Shown here: positions 30,769-42,100 of the stretch, piece after piece | Numbering within the stretch: the first letter of the stretch is position 1 | How the letters are laid out: the number at the start of each line of letters is the position of its first letter | Origin: Oscillochloris sp. | GTDB lineage: Bacteria; Chloroflexota; Chloroflexia; Chloroflexales; Chloroflexaceae | Direction of reading: 5' to 3' | NCBI GenBank assembly: GCA_012032775.1 | Contig: JAAUQO010000002.1 | Location: forward strand, 4,659 to 68,658 | Length of the DNA: 64,000 bases | Notes under the pieces: model-generated | What the model saw: only the letters and a program-made list of their open reading frames with translations | What the model was told of the DNA's origin: nothing | Database searches by the model: none | Program-made: the position numbers and the translations under genes

Positions 30769-32817
30769 CTAGTTTTGAACCGACACCACAGTCGGCAGGC
30801 CGCCGAGGTACTGCAAGCCGCTCAGGGTTTCGGTATACGGGTACTGCAACGCATCGCCGCGGAATGCCTCGATAATGCCGGTTTCAAACAGCACCACATA
30901 CGGCAGTTCGTTCGAGAGGATCTGCTGCAAGTTGTCGGCGACCGTCTTGCAATCCTCGTAGGTGGCGCAGGTCAGGATTTCGTCGGCGAGTTGATCGAAT
31001 TCGGGGTTGCTGTAGCCGCCCGAGTTAAAATCGCCTTTGTCGGTGCGATCACTATGGAAGAATGCCTGCAAGTCGTTCGGGAAGATGCCGACCGACCAAC
31101 CGGCCAGTGCTATGTCGAAGTCTTGCTCCAACACCATCTGGTTGCGCAGTACGTTAAATGCCTTCAGGTCGGTTGTGACCGGAATGCCGATATCCTGCAT
31201 CCAGCGTTCGATCCAGATCGCAAATGTGGAGCGCAGCGGATCGTAGCTCGGTACGGGCGCCAGGAGCTTCAGATCCGGTACGGGCTGCCCGTCCGGCAGC
31301 AGCAAACGACTGACATTCTCGGTCTGCTGGCTTTCTTCGTTATAAACCGGCGGGCTGCCGGCTTCCCAGCTAAAGCCGGCGGCGCTCAGCAGTTCGACGG
31401 CTTTCGCCACGCGCTCGCCGCTACTCATCGCGTTGCCGTCTTCATTCATGCCCCAGAGCGGCACATCGCCGTTGTACCAGGCGGCATTGCCGGGGGCGAC
31501 AAAGGTGTTGGCCGGGTGGGCCACGCCCTGTAGCACATTCTGGGTCACGAATTCTTTGTCGATCAGGGTGGCGATCGCCTGGCGGAATGCGATACTATCC
31601 ATCGGCTGGCGGCGGGTGTTGAAGGTCATGTAGCGATAGCCGTTGATCGGGTTCTGGATAACGGTGATCCCCGGCTGATTCTCAACTTGATTGCGTAAGC
31701 CGCCTGCAAGCCGAGCGGGTTGAGGATAAAGTCGATCTCGCCGTTCTTCAGGGCCAGAATGGCCGCATCCTGCGAGCCGTAAACCGTATAGACCGTACTT
31801 TCGCTGTGCGGGCCGATCACATAGTCGGCGATCATCTCGCTCACCGGCTCGCCGATGCCGATCTCGTAGTTGTTGCCCTGCTCGACATACGCACCATTGG
31901 CGAACACCGATACCGCCGCGCCGTTTTGGAAGAAGCTGGGGTTGGCGATATTCTCGATGAATGCGCCCGGCTCGCGGCTGCCCTGCATCCAGCCGGCGGC
32001 GGTCGGTTCGTCGGCCGGCTCGTAGTTGTAAAGAATATTCATCGCCTCGGTCAGGCGCTCCTCGTAGGCGGTCTGATCCTCGGCGCTCGCGCCTTCCGGC
32101 AGCGGATCAAGGGCGCCCACGGCGACCCGCGCATCGGCGACAATCGGCGCCCAGTAGGCCTCCTGCATGATCGGCCCCTGGAGCGCGCCCCACTCATGCA
32201 CGGCCAGCCCCGGCTCCTGCGAGTAGTACAGCTTGACGGTGTACTCATCGGGAGCCTCGACCCGATCGAGGAAATTCCAGTCGAAGATCGAACCCCAGTT
32301 GCCGGGCAGTTCCATCTCAACCACGGTATTCGCGGTAAAGGCGAAGTCACGGGCCGTTACCGGGGTGCCGTCGCTCCAGGTGGCGTTGTCGCGCAGCGTG
32401 ATCTCGGAAACCCAGAAATCGCCCTCTTTCGCCAGCGGACGGGTCGGCATCTCAAGCGCCAACTGCGGAATAATCTCGAAGCGGCGGTCGGAGAGGGCGT
32501 ACAGCGCGATCCGTTGCGGGTTCAGGATGTACGAATTCCACTGCGTGCCGTTCGGCCCCAGATACGACCAGTAGTTGGTCGTGGTGATGTCGGAGAAGAT
32601 CCCGATGCGGTAGGGCGCATCACTCATCTCAGCCGCAGCGGGCGCGGTGGTCGGCTCGGCGGGTGCAGGTTGGGCGGCGGTCGGCTCGGCGGGTTGGGCG
32701 GCGGTCGGTTCAGCGGGGCGCCGCAGTCGGCGCAGGTGGGGCATCTGCACAGGCAGCCAGAATCAGGGCGCTGATCAGCAGTAGCGCTGCCAGCAAGCGG
32801 TTGCGGTGATGAGTCAT
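30769..32817 (-). CDS. ABC transporter substrate-binding lipoprotein, family 5 (peptide/nickel type), two apparent frameshifts (~31703 and GGGG run 32715-32718)
   Basis: Three ORF pieces (32710..32910, 31626..32750, 30769..31629) rejoin. Lipobox MTHHRNRLLAALLLISALILAAC. Tandem AEPTAAQP linker. SBP_bac_5 body with junction ...ILNPLGLQ-GGLRNQVENQPGITVIQNPINGYRYMTFNTRR. SD AGGAAGG before ATG 32817. Confidence 0.85.
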
Positions 32818-33185
32818 CGAGCGCACCTTCCTGTTGTGGGGCATGGCAAAGCCCGCGCACGGAGGCCGGGGGGGTATGCCTGCCGCAAGCGTCGCAATAT
32901 GGGACGACAATCCGGGTACTGCTCGATTATAGGGGGATTAGCGCGGAAAGTAGTTAAGCCGGTGCAAAGAATATGTCAAGTGTGTAAAGATTCAAGCGCA
33001 ATGCCCGCTGCCTGATTCCCGGCATCCGACGACGCTGCTCGCGTGGCTCAGACACCGGGAATCAGGCATCAATACGGGGATCGGCGGCATGTGGCCGAAG
33101 GCGGGTTTACGCAGACTTGTTTGCGTGACAGTTCAGCTATACCGCATTGCAACGAGGAATTTTAATATTGCCTTCTGCGTTGAGA

Positions 33186-33959
33186 TTAGCGTGCAGGCGG
33201 TTCAAGGATCTTGAAGATAGCGCCCTGAGGATCGCTTAGGGCAGCGATCCGGCCAAACGGCGAATCATCGATGTTGCCCATGATCTTGCCGCCGTGCTCA
33301 GTCACCGTCGCGACGGTTGCGTCGGCGTTGGCCACCATAAAGTACATCACCCAGTGCGCCGGCATGTTGCCCCAGGCCGGATCGATCTGCATAATGCCGG
33401 CCATCTGAGTTTCGCCATGCTTCAAGGCATAGTACTCCAGGTCGCCCGGCAGCGGCTCGGCCTCGGCGCCCAGCAGTGCAGCGTAAAAATCCCGTGCCTG
33501 TTGCGCATTCGGCGAGTACAACTCATACCATGTCGTAGCGCCGAGTTCATCGCTGAGCGTAAATCCGATATGGTCTTTCGATTTCCAGAGGCCAAAGACA
33601 CCGCCGGTCGGATCGCTACATATGGCCCAGCCGCCGAATGTCCCGACCTCCATTGGCGGAGCGATTACGGTTGCCCCGAGTTCCACCGCTTTTGCCACAT
33701 CGGCCTCAAGATCAGCGCTGGCGAAGTATAAACTCCAGCTTGCCGGCACCGGCGGCGCACCTTCCGGCGGGCCGGATAAACCGGCAGTGATGCCCGATCC
33801 AATCCGTGCGTTGGTGTACCCGCCGAACTCCGGCCCGCTGATGTCGTACTCCCAATGAAATACTGCCTGATAAAAGGCCCGGGCTGCGTCAATCTCCGGG
33901 GTTATAAGATCGGTCCATGTCGGCATACCGGCCGGTTTCGGGCGATCGTACGTGGTCAT
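33186..33959 (-). CDS. Two-domain VOC (glyoxalase/bleomycin-resistance fold) protein
   Basis: Strong SD AAGGAGGAAGC before ATG 33959. Duplicated ...YFxxxDxxAxVxKxxxxGGxV...GxxAxxxDPxGxxFxLxx pattern. Confidence 0.8.
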   Translation of the reverse strand: MTTYDRPKPAGMPTWTDLITPEIDAARAFYQAVFHWEYDISGPEFGGYTNARIGSGITAGLSGPPEGAPPVPASWSLYFASADLEADVAKAVELGATVIAPPMEVGTFGGWAICSDPTGGVFGLWKSKDHIGFTLSDELGATTWYELYSPNAQQARDFYAALLGAEAEPLPGDLEYYALKHGETQMAGIMQIDPAWGNMPAHWVMYFMVANADATVATVTEHGGKIMGNIDDSPFGRIAALSDPQGAIFKILEPPAR

Positions 33960-34134
33960 GCTTCCTCCTTGGTTGCACTTACGCATCAGGCCGCGAGGCT
34001 CAGGGATAGCCATGAACGGTCTTCAACCCGGTCGAAAAACCGTTCGCTGAGGATTATGGTGTTGAGGTGAAATTGTAGAACAAATGTACCATGCCTTACA
34101 GCGATATGCAATCCCCAAATCGGGCCGATCCGTA

Positions 34135-35730
34135 TCACTCATCAGTGGCTATGGCGAAATGCAAGACCTGCGGTAGTCGAACCGTAAAGCTCGAACCAAT
34201 CCCCGGTGCGCTCTCAAGATCAATATCGCCGCCGAGTAACTGACATAATCGCCGGCTGATCACCAACCCGAGTCCGGTACCGCCGTATTTGCGATTGAAC
34301 GAATCATCGATCTGCGAAAACGGCTGGAACAGCTTGTGCATGTGATCGGCTGCGATTCCAATCCCACTATCTTCTATCCGAAACAGCACCCAGGTCTTCT
34401 CTGCCTGCACTTCCTGGCTAACCGTTAACCGTATCAAGCCGTTTTCTGTGAATTTCGCCGCGTTACGTAATACATTCAGCAAAACCTGATGCAGTTTTAA
34501 TGGATCAGTCAGTATCACAAGGTTGTGCGGGAGTGTTTCGATCACAAAGCGATTGCCGTTTTCTGCGGCCAGTCGATCGACCAGCGGCACCAGATCATGC
34601 ACCAGATCGGCAATATTGGTTGGTTGCACGGTAACAGGCACAGGCTCCGCATCGATCTGGGCATATTCAAGCACGTCGTTGATGATGCCAAGCAAGTGCA
34701 TGGCGGCGCTGTGGATATGATGTATGCCCCTGCTTACCTCATCAGAGGCCTTATTCGCGATCATCGGCTCCAACAATTGGCTATAACCGATAATCGAAGT
34801 CAGCGGTGTTCGCAGTTCGTGGCTCATCATCGAGAGAAATGAGGTTTTGGCTTGATTCGCCGCTTCGGCAATGTTCCGGGCGCGGGTAAGCTCCAGTTCA
34901 ACCCGCTGATGTTCGAGGATGGCGGTCGTCTGCGCCGCAAGCGAACGATCGCGTTCCGCCAGGTTGGCCGCCGTTTGGGCGAGTGCGCGCTGCAAATCGC
35001 CGATCTCGTCCTGGCGGTTGCTGATGCACGGTGCGGTGAATTGGCCCTGGCCGATCGCCGTAGCTACCTCGGCCAGTTTGCGTACCGGTTGTACAATCTG
35101 GCGATGCAGCAAACCCACGGCGGCAACAGCCATCACGCCAATTGCCAGAAAGCCGAGTGGTGCGGCGATCAGCGCACTCCGCACCGGCATTACCACAGCT
35201 TTGGCGCCGTCGGCGAGCGTTTGCGATACAAAGAGCCGGCGCCTGCCGATCAGCAGATCGCATTCGCGCTCGATCTGTTCCAAAGATGCTCGCGTAACCT
35301 CCGCCGACGATTTGATCGCCGGGTTTGCCAACTCGACCCCGATCGCGGCGTGCAGTTGTTCGATCCGGCTCAGTAGTACGCGCCGGGGCGCGGCAATCCG
35401 GCTATCCGGTTGATCCACAGCTTGCCAACTGCTCTCGCTTAACATGGCAAGGAGCACACGCGACTGAGCGATATGGAGCCCGGCCGCCGCCAATTCCTCC
35501 GACGAACGCCCAAGGTGCGCGTTCGACAATTCATTAACGGCACGCACTACTTGCAGATCGAATTGTTCGTAGGCCGCAGCTTGCGGAAGCACGCTTTCGG
35601 CAAGATAATCGACAGCCGCTGCGGTTTTCGACACACCGTAGATGGCCTGAAATGCGATTATGGCAAGCAGTACAAGGAACGCACCGATCACCGCCGTGAC
35701 TCTGGTTGTAATGGAATGCACGTGTGTCAT
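34135..35730 (-). CDS. Membrane sensor histidine kinase with HAMP domain
   Basis: N-terminal TM, second TM plus HAMP, H-box MSHELRTPLTSIIGYSQLL, N/G boxes (LNVLRNAAKFT, GGTGLGLVISRRL). Confidence 0.88.
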   Translation of the reverse strand: MTHVHSITTRVTAVIGAFLVLLAIIAFQAIYGVSKTAAAVDYLAESVLPQAAAYEQFDLQVVRAVNELSNAHLGRSSEELAAAGLHIAQSRVLLAMLSESSWQAVDQPDSRIAAPRRVLLSRIEQLHAAIGVELANPAIKSSAEVTRASLEQIERECDLLIGRRRLFVSQTLADGAKAVVMPVRSALIAAPLGFLAIGVMAVAAVGLLHRQIVQPVRKLAEVATAIGQGQFTAPCISNRQDEIGDLQRALAQTAANLAERDRSLAAQTTAILEHQRVELELTRARNIAEAANQAKTSFLSMMSHELRTPLTSIIGYSQLLEPMIANKASDEVSRGIHHIHSAAMHLLGIINDVLEYAQIDAEPVPVTVQPTNIADLVHDLVPLVDRLAAENGNRFVIETLPHNLVILTDPLKLHQVLLNVLRNAAKFTENGLIRLTVSQEVQAEKTWVLFRIEDSGIGIAADHMHKLFQPFSQIDDSFNRKYGGTGLGLVISRRLCQLLGGDIDLESAPGIGSSFTVRLPQVLHFAIATDE

Positions 35731-35772
35731 CCTATCGTGGCGGCGATGAATCTACCGTGGGTCGGCCTCAGG

Positions 35773-36165
35773 CTATGCCGAGGAATGGATGAGCGTGTCG
35801 TAGATCATTCGACCGGCCCGTCGGGCTACCATGCGCACCCACCCCAGGCGTGAAGTATCGTCGAAGGCTACAACCAGAGCCAGGTTATAGCCAAGGTGTA
35901 ATACCAGTAAGGTGTGATCATCATACTCCTGCACAATACTGCTGTAGGAGGATCGCGCTCCTAATTGTTCGACCAATGCAACTCGGGCCACGGTACTGGC
36001 CGCACTCAGTAATGCGACATGCTCGGCGTCGATATAGCTCAAACGACTCCAGGAACTGATCGGGTGGCCGTCGGTATTGGTTAGCAGCACGAGTAATGCG
36101 CCAACCTCGTACCCCGTATCGCTCAGTAATTCACGGATACGCTGCTGTTGCTCGACAGTAATCAT
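35773..36165 (-). CDS. Roadblock/LC7 (MglB-like) domain protein
   Basis: About 130 aa from ATG 36165. MITVEQQQRIRELLSDTGYEVGALLVLLTNTDGHPIS...HTLLVLHLGYNLALVVAFDD pattern typical of Roadblock/LC7. Confidence 0.65.
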   Translation of the reverse strand: MITVEQQQRIRELLSDTGYEVGALLVLLTNTDGHPISSWSRLSYIDAEHVALLSAASTVARVALVEQLGARSSYSSIVQEYDDHTLLVLHLGYNLALVVAFDDTSRLGWVRMVARRAGRMIYDTLIHSSA

Positions 36166-36244
36166 CGTGATATTTCCGAACGATAATCGTCGGCAGTTGG
36201 TTTGTGGATGCACATTCCGTATCGTAGGTTGCGCTTGATTGAAC

Positions 36245-36342
36245 ATATAGCAATCCTATCTGAGTTGTGAAGGTGGTTCTGCGTACTGATACTGCGGTTC
36301 TTGGTTCTTGGTTCTCGGTTCTGGTAGGATTGCTATAGCAGG
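36245..36342 (+). repeat. Copy B of the TIR-bounded heptamer-array element
   Basis: ATATAGCAATCCTATC ... GGTTCTT GGTTCTC GGTTCTG GTAGGATTGCTATAGCAGG. Lies between the hybrid kinase stop (36371) and the Roadblock start (36165). Confidence 0.85.
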
Positions 36343-36370
36343 CCGGTGTACGTAGCGAAGATACGCTCAG

Positions 36371-37564
36371 CTACAAAGGTGGGAAGCGGCTGTCGCTCAT
36401 CAAGGCCCGGCCGTCGAGGCCGACAACCATATCGCCGTCCCTGGGTTGGGTCGCCGCCGGCAAGGTGACATAAAAAGTCGTGCCTACGCGGAACGAACTT
36501 TTAAACCAGATCGCACCGCCCTGTGCTTCCACCAGGAGGCGCGTCACATACATGCCCAGACCGGTGCCGGTTTCTTTCCGGGCTTCAAGATCGGGCGCTC
36601 GGAAAAACTTATCAAAAACGTGGCGCTGATCGGCAGCGCTGATCCCGAGACCATTATCCTGTACCTCAAATTCAAGCATGCCGGTATCGATATAGCGTAC
36701 GCTCATCGCGATGCTGCCGCCGATCTGGGTGTATTTACTTGCGTTATTCAACAGGTTGGTAAGAATCTGCACCGTGCGCATCAGATCGGCCCGCAAGTTC
36801 GGCAATCCGGCTGGAATCGTGATACTGAGCTGTTGTTCTTTCTCGCGAATCGCCTGAGCAACCACCTGAACCGCCATATTGCAGGCCGTCGAGACGTTGA
36901 ACTCGTTGTAGACAAGGGCAAGATGACCCGATTCGATGTGCGAAATATCGCTCAGATCGCTAAGGAGATTGGCCATATGTTTGATGAGCATACCGATCGT
37001 ACGCAATGCCTCTGTCTGATCGTCGTTGATCTGGCCGAGCATACCGAACTGCAATTCCTCGCTGTGGACAAGGATTGCGGTAAGGGGGTTGCGCAGTTCA
37101 TGTGAGACAAGGGCAATAAACTCGTTGCGCTCCTGATGCGCGGCGAGTGTTGCCATATAGGCCGCTTGTTCGCGTTCGCGGAGCCGGCGTTGTGCTACAC
37201 AACTGTTGATCCGGGCTTCCAACAGTCTGCGATCCACCGGTTTGAAAAGATAGTCGCTTGCACCAAGCTCGATACAGCGGGCTACACTTTCAATATCGGT
37301 ATCCGCCGATGTCACTACCACCGGTACATGTTGCAATTCCGGATCTTCACGCATCTTCGTGAGCAGTTGGAAGCCGTTCATCTGTGGCATCATGATGTCG
37401 AGTAACACCATGTCGAAGTCTTTACAGCGCAATAAGGCGAGCGCCTCGGCACCATGTTCGGCGCTCATCGAGCTGTGCCCCTGTGCGGCAACCATCCGCT
37501 CCAATACCAGGCGATTCGTTGCAGTATCATCGACGATCAAAATTCTTGCTGGTGCGGTAAACAC
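36371..37564 (-). CDS. Hybrid response regulator-histidine kinase (REC + HisKA + HATPase)
   Basis: REC (ILIVDDTATNRLV...DMVLLDIMMPQMNG...LFKP), H-box VSHELRNPLTAI, G box GTGLGMYVTRLL. The ORF track extends to 37774, but that 70-aa Arg-rich extension looks non-coding. Likely GTG start at 37564. Confidence 0.82.
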   Translation of the reverse strand: MFTAPARILIVDDTATNRLVLERMVAAQGHSSMSAEHGAEALALLRCKDFDMVLLDIMMPQMNGFQLLTKMREDPELQHVPVVVTSADTDIESVARCIELGASDYLFKPVDRRLLEARINSCVAQRRLREREQAAYMATLAAHQERNEFIALVSHELRNPLTAILVHSEELQFGMLGQINDDQTEALRTIGMLIKHMANLLSDLSDISHIESGHLALVYNEFNVSTACNMAVQVVAQAIREKEQQLSITIPAGLPNLRADLMRTVQILTNLLNNASKYTQIGGSIAMSVRYIDTGMLEFEVQDNGLGISAADQRHVFDKFFRAPDLEARKETGTGLGMYVTRLLVEAQGGAIWFKSSFRVGTTFYVTLPAATQPRDGDMVVGLDGRALMSDSRFPPL

Positions 37565-37780
37565 AATGTGATTCCTGTAGCCTAAGGTTGCTTGCCGTCG
37601 TACAGTAAAGATGGGTTGCCGAAAGAGCGTCGCCCGCAAGGCACGTACGCTCGCTGCTTGGCTTACAACCGTGATGCCGGTTGAACTATCTTTGACATCG
37701 TTGGCGGAAAAAGGTCGTCGGCATGGAGCTCGCAGATCCCTGGAGGCAGCCGAATCAGGTGCAATTCTCAGCATGAGCCA

Positions 37781-38626
37781 TCAGTCGGCCGGTGGATGAA
37801 TAAGCCGGTAGCCTGTACTGCGTACATTTTGAATGTATGCTGGGTCGAGTTTATGCCGAAGGTTATGGATATGGGTTTTCAGTAACTGGTGCGCCGTTGC
37901 CTGGTCAACCCGCTGTTGATAAACACAATAGACAATCGCATTATAGCTGATCAGACTGCCTTTTGCATCAGCCAGACACATCAGGAGTGCATACTCGGTT
38001 GGTGTCAGGTTCGGGGATCGACCGGCGAAAGTGACAGTACGATTGCGCTGATCGATCGTTAAAGCGCCGATCTTTATGATGCTCGGCGAACGTGCCGAGG
38101 ATGCTTCCACTTCAGTTGGTGTGGTTTCAGCCCTGGTCGGTTTATCTACATCGACAATGTAGAATTGTGCCAACCCCTGGGCAATTGTGCGAATGGCATT
38201 GTTCTGGTTGAGTGTGACTGCCCGAAGCTCGGCGGCCCGGCGTATGCAACTCAAAAGATCCGTCGGCTTACATGGCTTAAGCAGATAATCGAACGCATCT
38301 GAACGCAACGCCTCGATCGCTGTCTGCATCGTCCCGTAGCCGGTCAGCAAGACAACTTCCGGCGGAAAGGGCAATGTACGGGCTTTTTTCAGCACCTCGA
38401 TTCCGTCCACCTCGCGTAGTAATAAATCGGTAAGGACAATATCAAATTCATTCCCCGATTTGGAGCGTTCCAGTAAGCTAAGTGCTTCTTCGCCGTTGGC
38501 TACCGCCTCGACCTGGTACCCTGATTGTGTAAGAACCCGTTCTAGCGATAGGCGAGCTGTGTCATCATCTTCGACCAGCAAGATTCGATAGAATGAGTGT
38601 GTGGTCATAAGATCATCCGTCTGCAT
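37781..38626 (-). CDS. OmpR/PhoB-type response regulator with extended linker
   Basis: REC (ILLVEDDDTARLSL...DIVLTDLLLREVDG...LLKP) and winged-helix output (LTPTEYALLMCLADAKGSLISY...RSTGYRLI). Start uncertain (ATG 38626 or 38608). Confidence 0.85.
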   Translation of the reverse strand: MQTDDLMTTHSFYRILLVEDDDTARLSLERVLTQSGYQVEAVANGEEALSLLERSKSGNEFDIVLTDLLLREVDGIEVLKKARTLPFPPEVVLLTGYGTMQTAIEALRSDAFDYLLKPCKPTDLLSCIRRAAELRAVTLNQNNAIRTIAQGLAQFYIVDVDKPTRAETTPTEVEASSARSPSIIKIGALTIDQRNRTVTFAGRSPNLTPTEYALLMCLADAKGSLISYNAIVYCVYQQRVDQATAHQLLKTHIHNLRHKLDPAYIQNVRSTGYRLIHPPAD

Positions 38627-39198
38627 CCCACTGCTTACCCCATACTCCTGCGACCGATGTGGTGTGTAGAATGGTGGTGGTTGCATTGTACTAGTATGTC
38701 GATTGCGTGCAGTTAAGAATCAGACGAATAGTGTATCGAAATTTTGACCTTACCCCAGGGAGTGCTATTCATTTCTGATTGTAAGTCAAATTCCGTCGAT
38801 CCCGGTTCATGAACGAGTGATATTGAGTTCAATTTCGGTTGAGCCTACTAAGAATTATAGTATTCTGAGCGTTCCATCCCGGCTGCATTGGGCAAGGCTA
38901 TACCGCGCATGTACGGGTTGTGAAACCTTGATGCCCGTGGCTACTGCGGGTGGTCGTATTGAACGGCATAAGCAATTTCTTAACCGTTTCTGAACTAAAT
39001 AGCAATGGTAGAATTCCTTACCATGTTCTATGATTTTTACATGTTTGTATTGTAATTAGCTCCAGTTTATTGATCTACCGCTTATTCGGCGTTCGCCTCT
39101 GCTCCATCGTAATCAACATTCAATAGCCTCGAATGTTCCTTCGCATGCCAGGGCATTTTCACGTATCCTTGTTTTGGGTTTAGCATTTTGCACGTAGG

Positions 39199-42100
39199 AT
39201 GGTGCTCATGGATAGCCTTGGAAGTTCGCCGGCGGACTTGCTCGCACGGATTGCGGAACTCGAGGCGCAACTCGTCGAACAGGCCGCCGAGTTGCAGCTA
39301 CAGCGACGCCTGAATCATACCCTCCGTTCGATCACCGAGAATATCCCTGATGTGATCGTTCAGCTTGGCCCCGACTTGCAGGCTCGCTATGTGAGCCCGA
39401 ATTTCGTGCGCTACACCGGCTTAACGATCGATTCGTTCTTCAATCCCGCCGGTCCTGCATCCGAAAGCCCCTTCCGGCCGGTCTTTGTTGCGATGCGGCA
39501 GGCCGCCGTGCGCGCTTTTGCCGAACGAACGCCGCAAGCCTTTGAGTTTAGCTGGCCGATGGATGATACGGATTGCGCGCGGCAGTATGAAGCGCGGGTG
39601 GTGCCCGAGGCCGGGCCGGCGGGCGCAGTTGAAACGGTATTGCTGATCGCCCGCGAAGTAACTGAGCAACGCATAGCCGAGGCCGCGCTCCGGGCGAGTG
39701 TGGAGCGGCTGCACTTAATGTTAAGCGGTATGCCGGTGATGCTTGATGCCTTTGACGAGAATCGTCGTCTGACGGTCTGGAACGCCGAGTGCGAGCACGT
39801 GACCGGCTACAGCGCCGCAGAGTTGCTTGGCCGCGATGATGTGATCAGCTTGCTCTATCCCGATCCTGAGTATCGGGCCGCTCTGATCGCAGCATGGCAG
39901 CGCCAGGGCAGCGATTTTCGCAATTGGGAGTTGACGCTGACCCGTAAGGACGGCACAGAGCGTTTGATCTCGTGGTCGAATGTCTCAAACTCATTGCCGG
40001 TGCCGGGCTGGTCGTTCTGGGCCGTCGGTGTCGATGTAACCGAGCAGCGCCGGGCCGAAGCGGCGCTCCGCGCGAGTGAAGAGCGATTACGTTTCGCCCT
40101 CCATGCCGGCTCAATGTTCGGCTGGGAGTTGGACTTCGCCCAGGATGCGATTATCTGGCTCGGCGATCCGGCGGTGCATATCAACCGGTTTGAAAGCCAT
40201 CAGATCGCGGCCTGGCTGCGCGCGCTCGTTCCACCCGACGATATACTTATTATGCAGCAGGCGTTGGACAATGTGCATCTGGGCAGAGAACAAATGTTGG
40301 GCCTGGAGTATCGCTATTTGCGGGCCGATGGGACGCTGGGTTGGCTTGAAAGCCATGGGCAACGCGCATCTGCCGAGGGCGAACCATTGCGCTTGATTGG
40401 TGTTACCCGTGATATTACGCGCCGCAAGCGCCTGGAGGCCGAGATACTGCAACGTGAGCGCGAGTTCGCCTTGCTCCTTGAGAACTCGCCGGCCGCGATC
40501 ATCAGATACCGGTTTGCACCGGCACCGGCATACGAATACATTAGCCCTGCGATCGAGCGCATCGCCGGATACGCTCCGGTTGAACTTCTGGCCGACCCGA
40601 TGTTTCTGAGCCGGATCAGCCATCCCGACGATCGCGCTGTGGTTGAGGCACTCAATCGGATCGATCAGGTGCCTTCTGAGGTAACGCTGCGCCTGTTCCA
40701 TCGTGATGGGCATCTGATCTGGGTAGAACTGACCATCACGCCAATCTATTCCGACGACGGAACCCTGATCGCATTCGAAGGGATTTTGCACGATATCAGT
40801 GCGCACAAGGAATTAGAGCAAACCCTTCGCCGCCAGTCACAGCTCCACGAGGCATTAGCCGGCGCACTCCGGATCTTGCATTGCCATGGCTACGACGAGG
40901 AATTGCGGCAAAGCATCCTGGTGCATGTGGCGATTCAGTTACGCCTTGGATTGGCCGCGCAGCACATCCTGATGTATGAACAATCCAGCGATCAAACATT
41001 TCATCGGCTGGTGGCGATCGATGCAGCCGGCACGATGGATCAGCGTGCGCACTCGTTGGTGCTGGCGGATCTTCCGCCGTCGATTCAACAGTGTATCAAC
41101 ACGGGTGAGTTGCTTTTCGAGCTTGCCGCAGTGCCGATCTTCGGTATTGACGACCGCCAACAGCTTCAACACCTGGTGTTACCGATCGGGTGGTCGGATA
41201 TCACCTGGGGCTTATTGGCGATCGGCCTTCCGGCGGGCAAAAAGCTCGATATGGAGAGCAAGATCCTGATTCGTACGATTGTCGATATGACGCGTACCAC
41301 CATCCGGCGCTGGCTGGCGGTCGATGCGCTTCAGATCAGCGAGCGCCGTTTGCGTCTGGCGATCGCGGCCGCCCATATGGGCACCTGGGATCTCGATATC
41401 GCCAGCGGCGAGGTTACGATCTCCGAGCGCTGCGCTGAACTACTTATGCTACCGTCGGGCACAACAACGATGTTGATCAATCAGGGTTTTGAACGCTTAC
41501 ACCCCGACGATCGCCCGATCATTGAGTCGAGTCTTGTTGCCCTGACCAGGAATGGCGAGCCGCTCAGGCGTGAGAGCCGGCTGTTGTTGCCCGACGGCTC
41601 GGTGCGCTGGCTTCTGGGCCAGGGGCAACTCCAGTTGCGCAGCAACGGCACCCCTGAGCGATTGGTCGGTGTGGTGATCGATATCACCGATCAACGGCAG
41701 GCCGAGGAAGCGAACCGCCGGTTGAATGCCGGGTTGGAACAGCGAGTCGCCGAGCGCACCTCCGAACTTGCCGCCGCTAATCGCGCATTGCGCCAGGAGA
41801 TTGCCGAAAGGATCAAGGTCGAGGCTGCTTTGCGCGAGAGCCAGCGCTTTGTCGAGCGCGTCTTAGCGGCATCGCCATCACGGGTAAGTATCTTCGATTA
41901 CGCCACCCGTCAGGTGATCTACTCGACCGGCACATTTACGGTTGCGCTGGGATATAGCGCCGAAGAGTTGGAGCGTATGGGCGGGCCATTTCCGTTGCCC
42001 GCACTTATCCATCCCGATGACATGGCTAAGATTTCGGCGCAGGTGCAGCAGCAGTTCGCCATGGCCGATGATGATGTTCTTGTGTGCGAATTTCGTATGC

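Noticed and set aside
32818-33185. Possible riboswitch or promoter upstream of the ABC operon (TTGACA and a perfect TATAAT on the minus strand; 11-bp inverted repeat CTGATTCCCGG/CCGGGAATCAG at 33012-33065)
   Set aside because: The TTGACA and TATAAT hexamers are ~48 nt apart and so are not a matched pair. The inverted repeat is as well explained as the terminator of the upstream VOC gene. I recognised no riboswitch core motif.
34135-36165. Kinase + Roadblock pair as a conservon (cvnA-D)
   Set aside because: The DUF742 and Ras-like GTPase genes are absent, and the gene order (Roadblock before kinase) differs from conservons.
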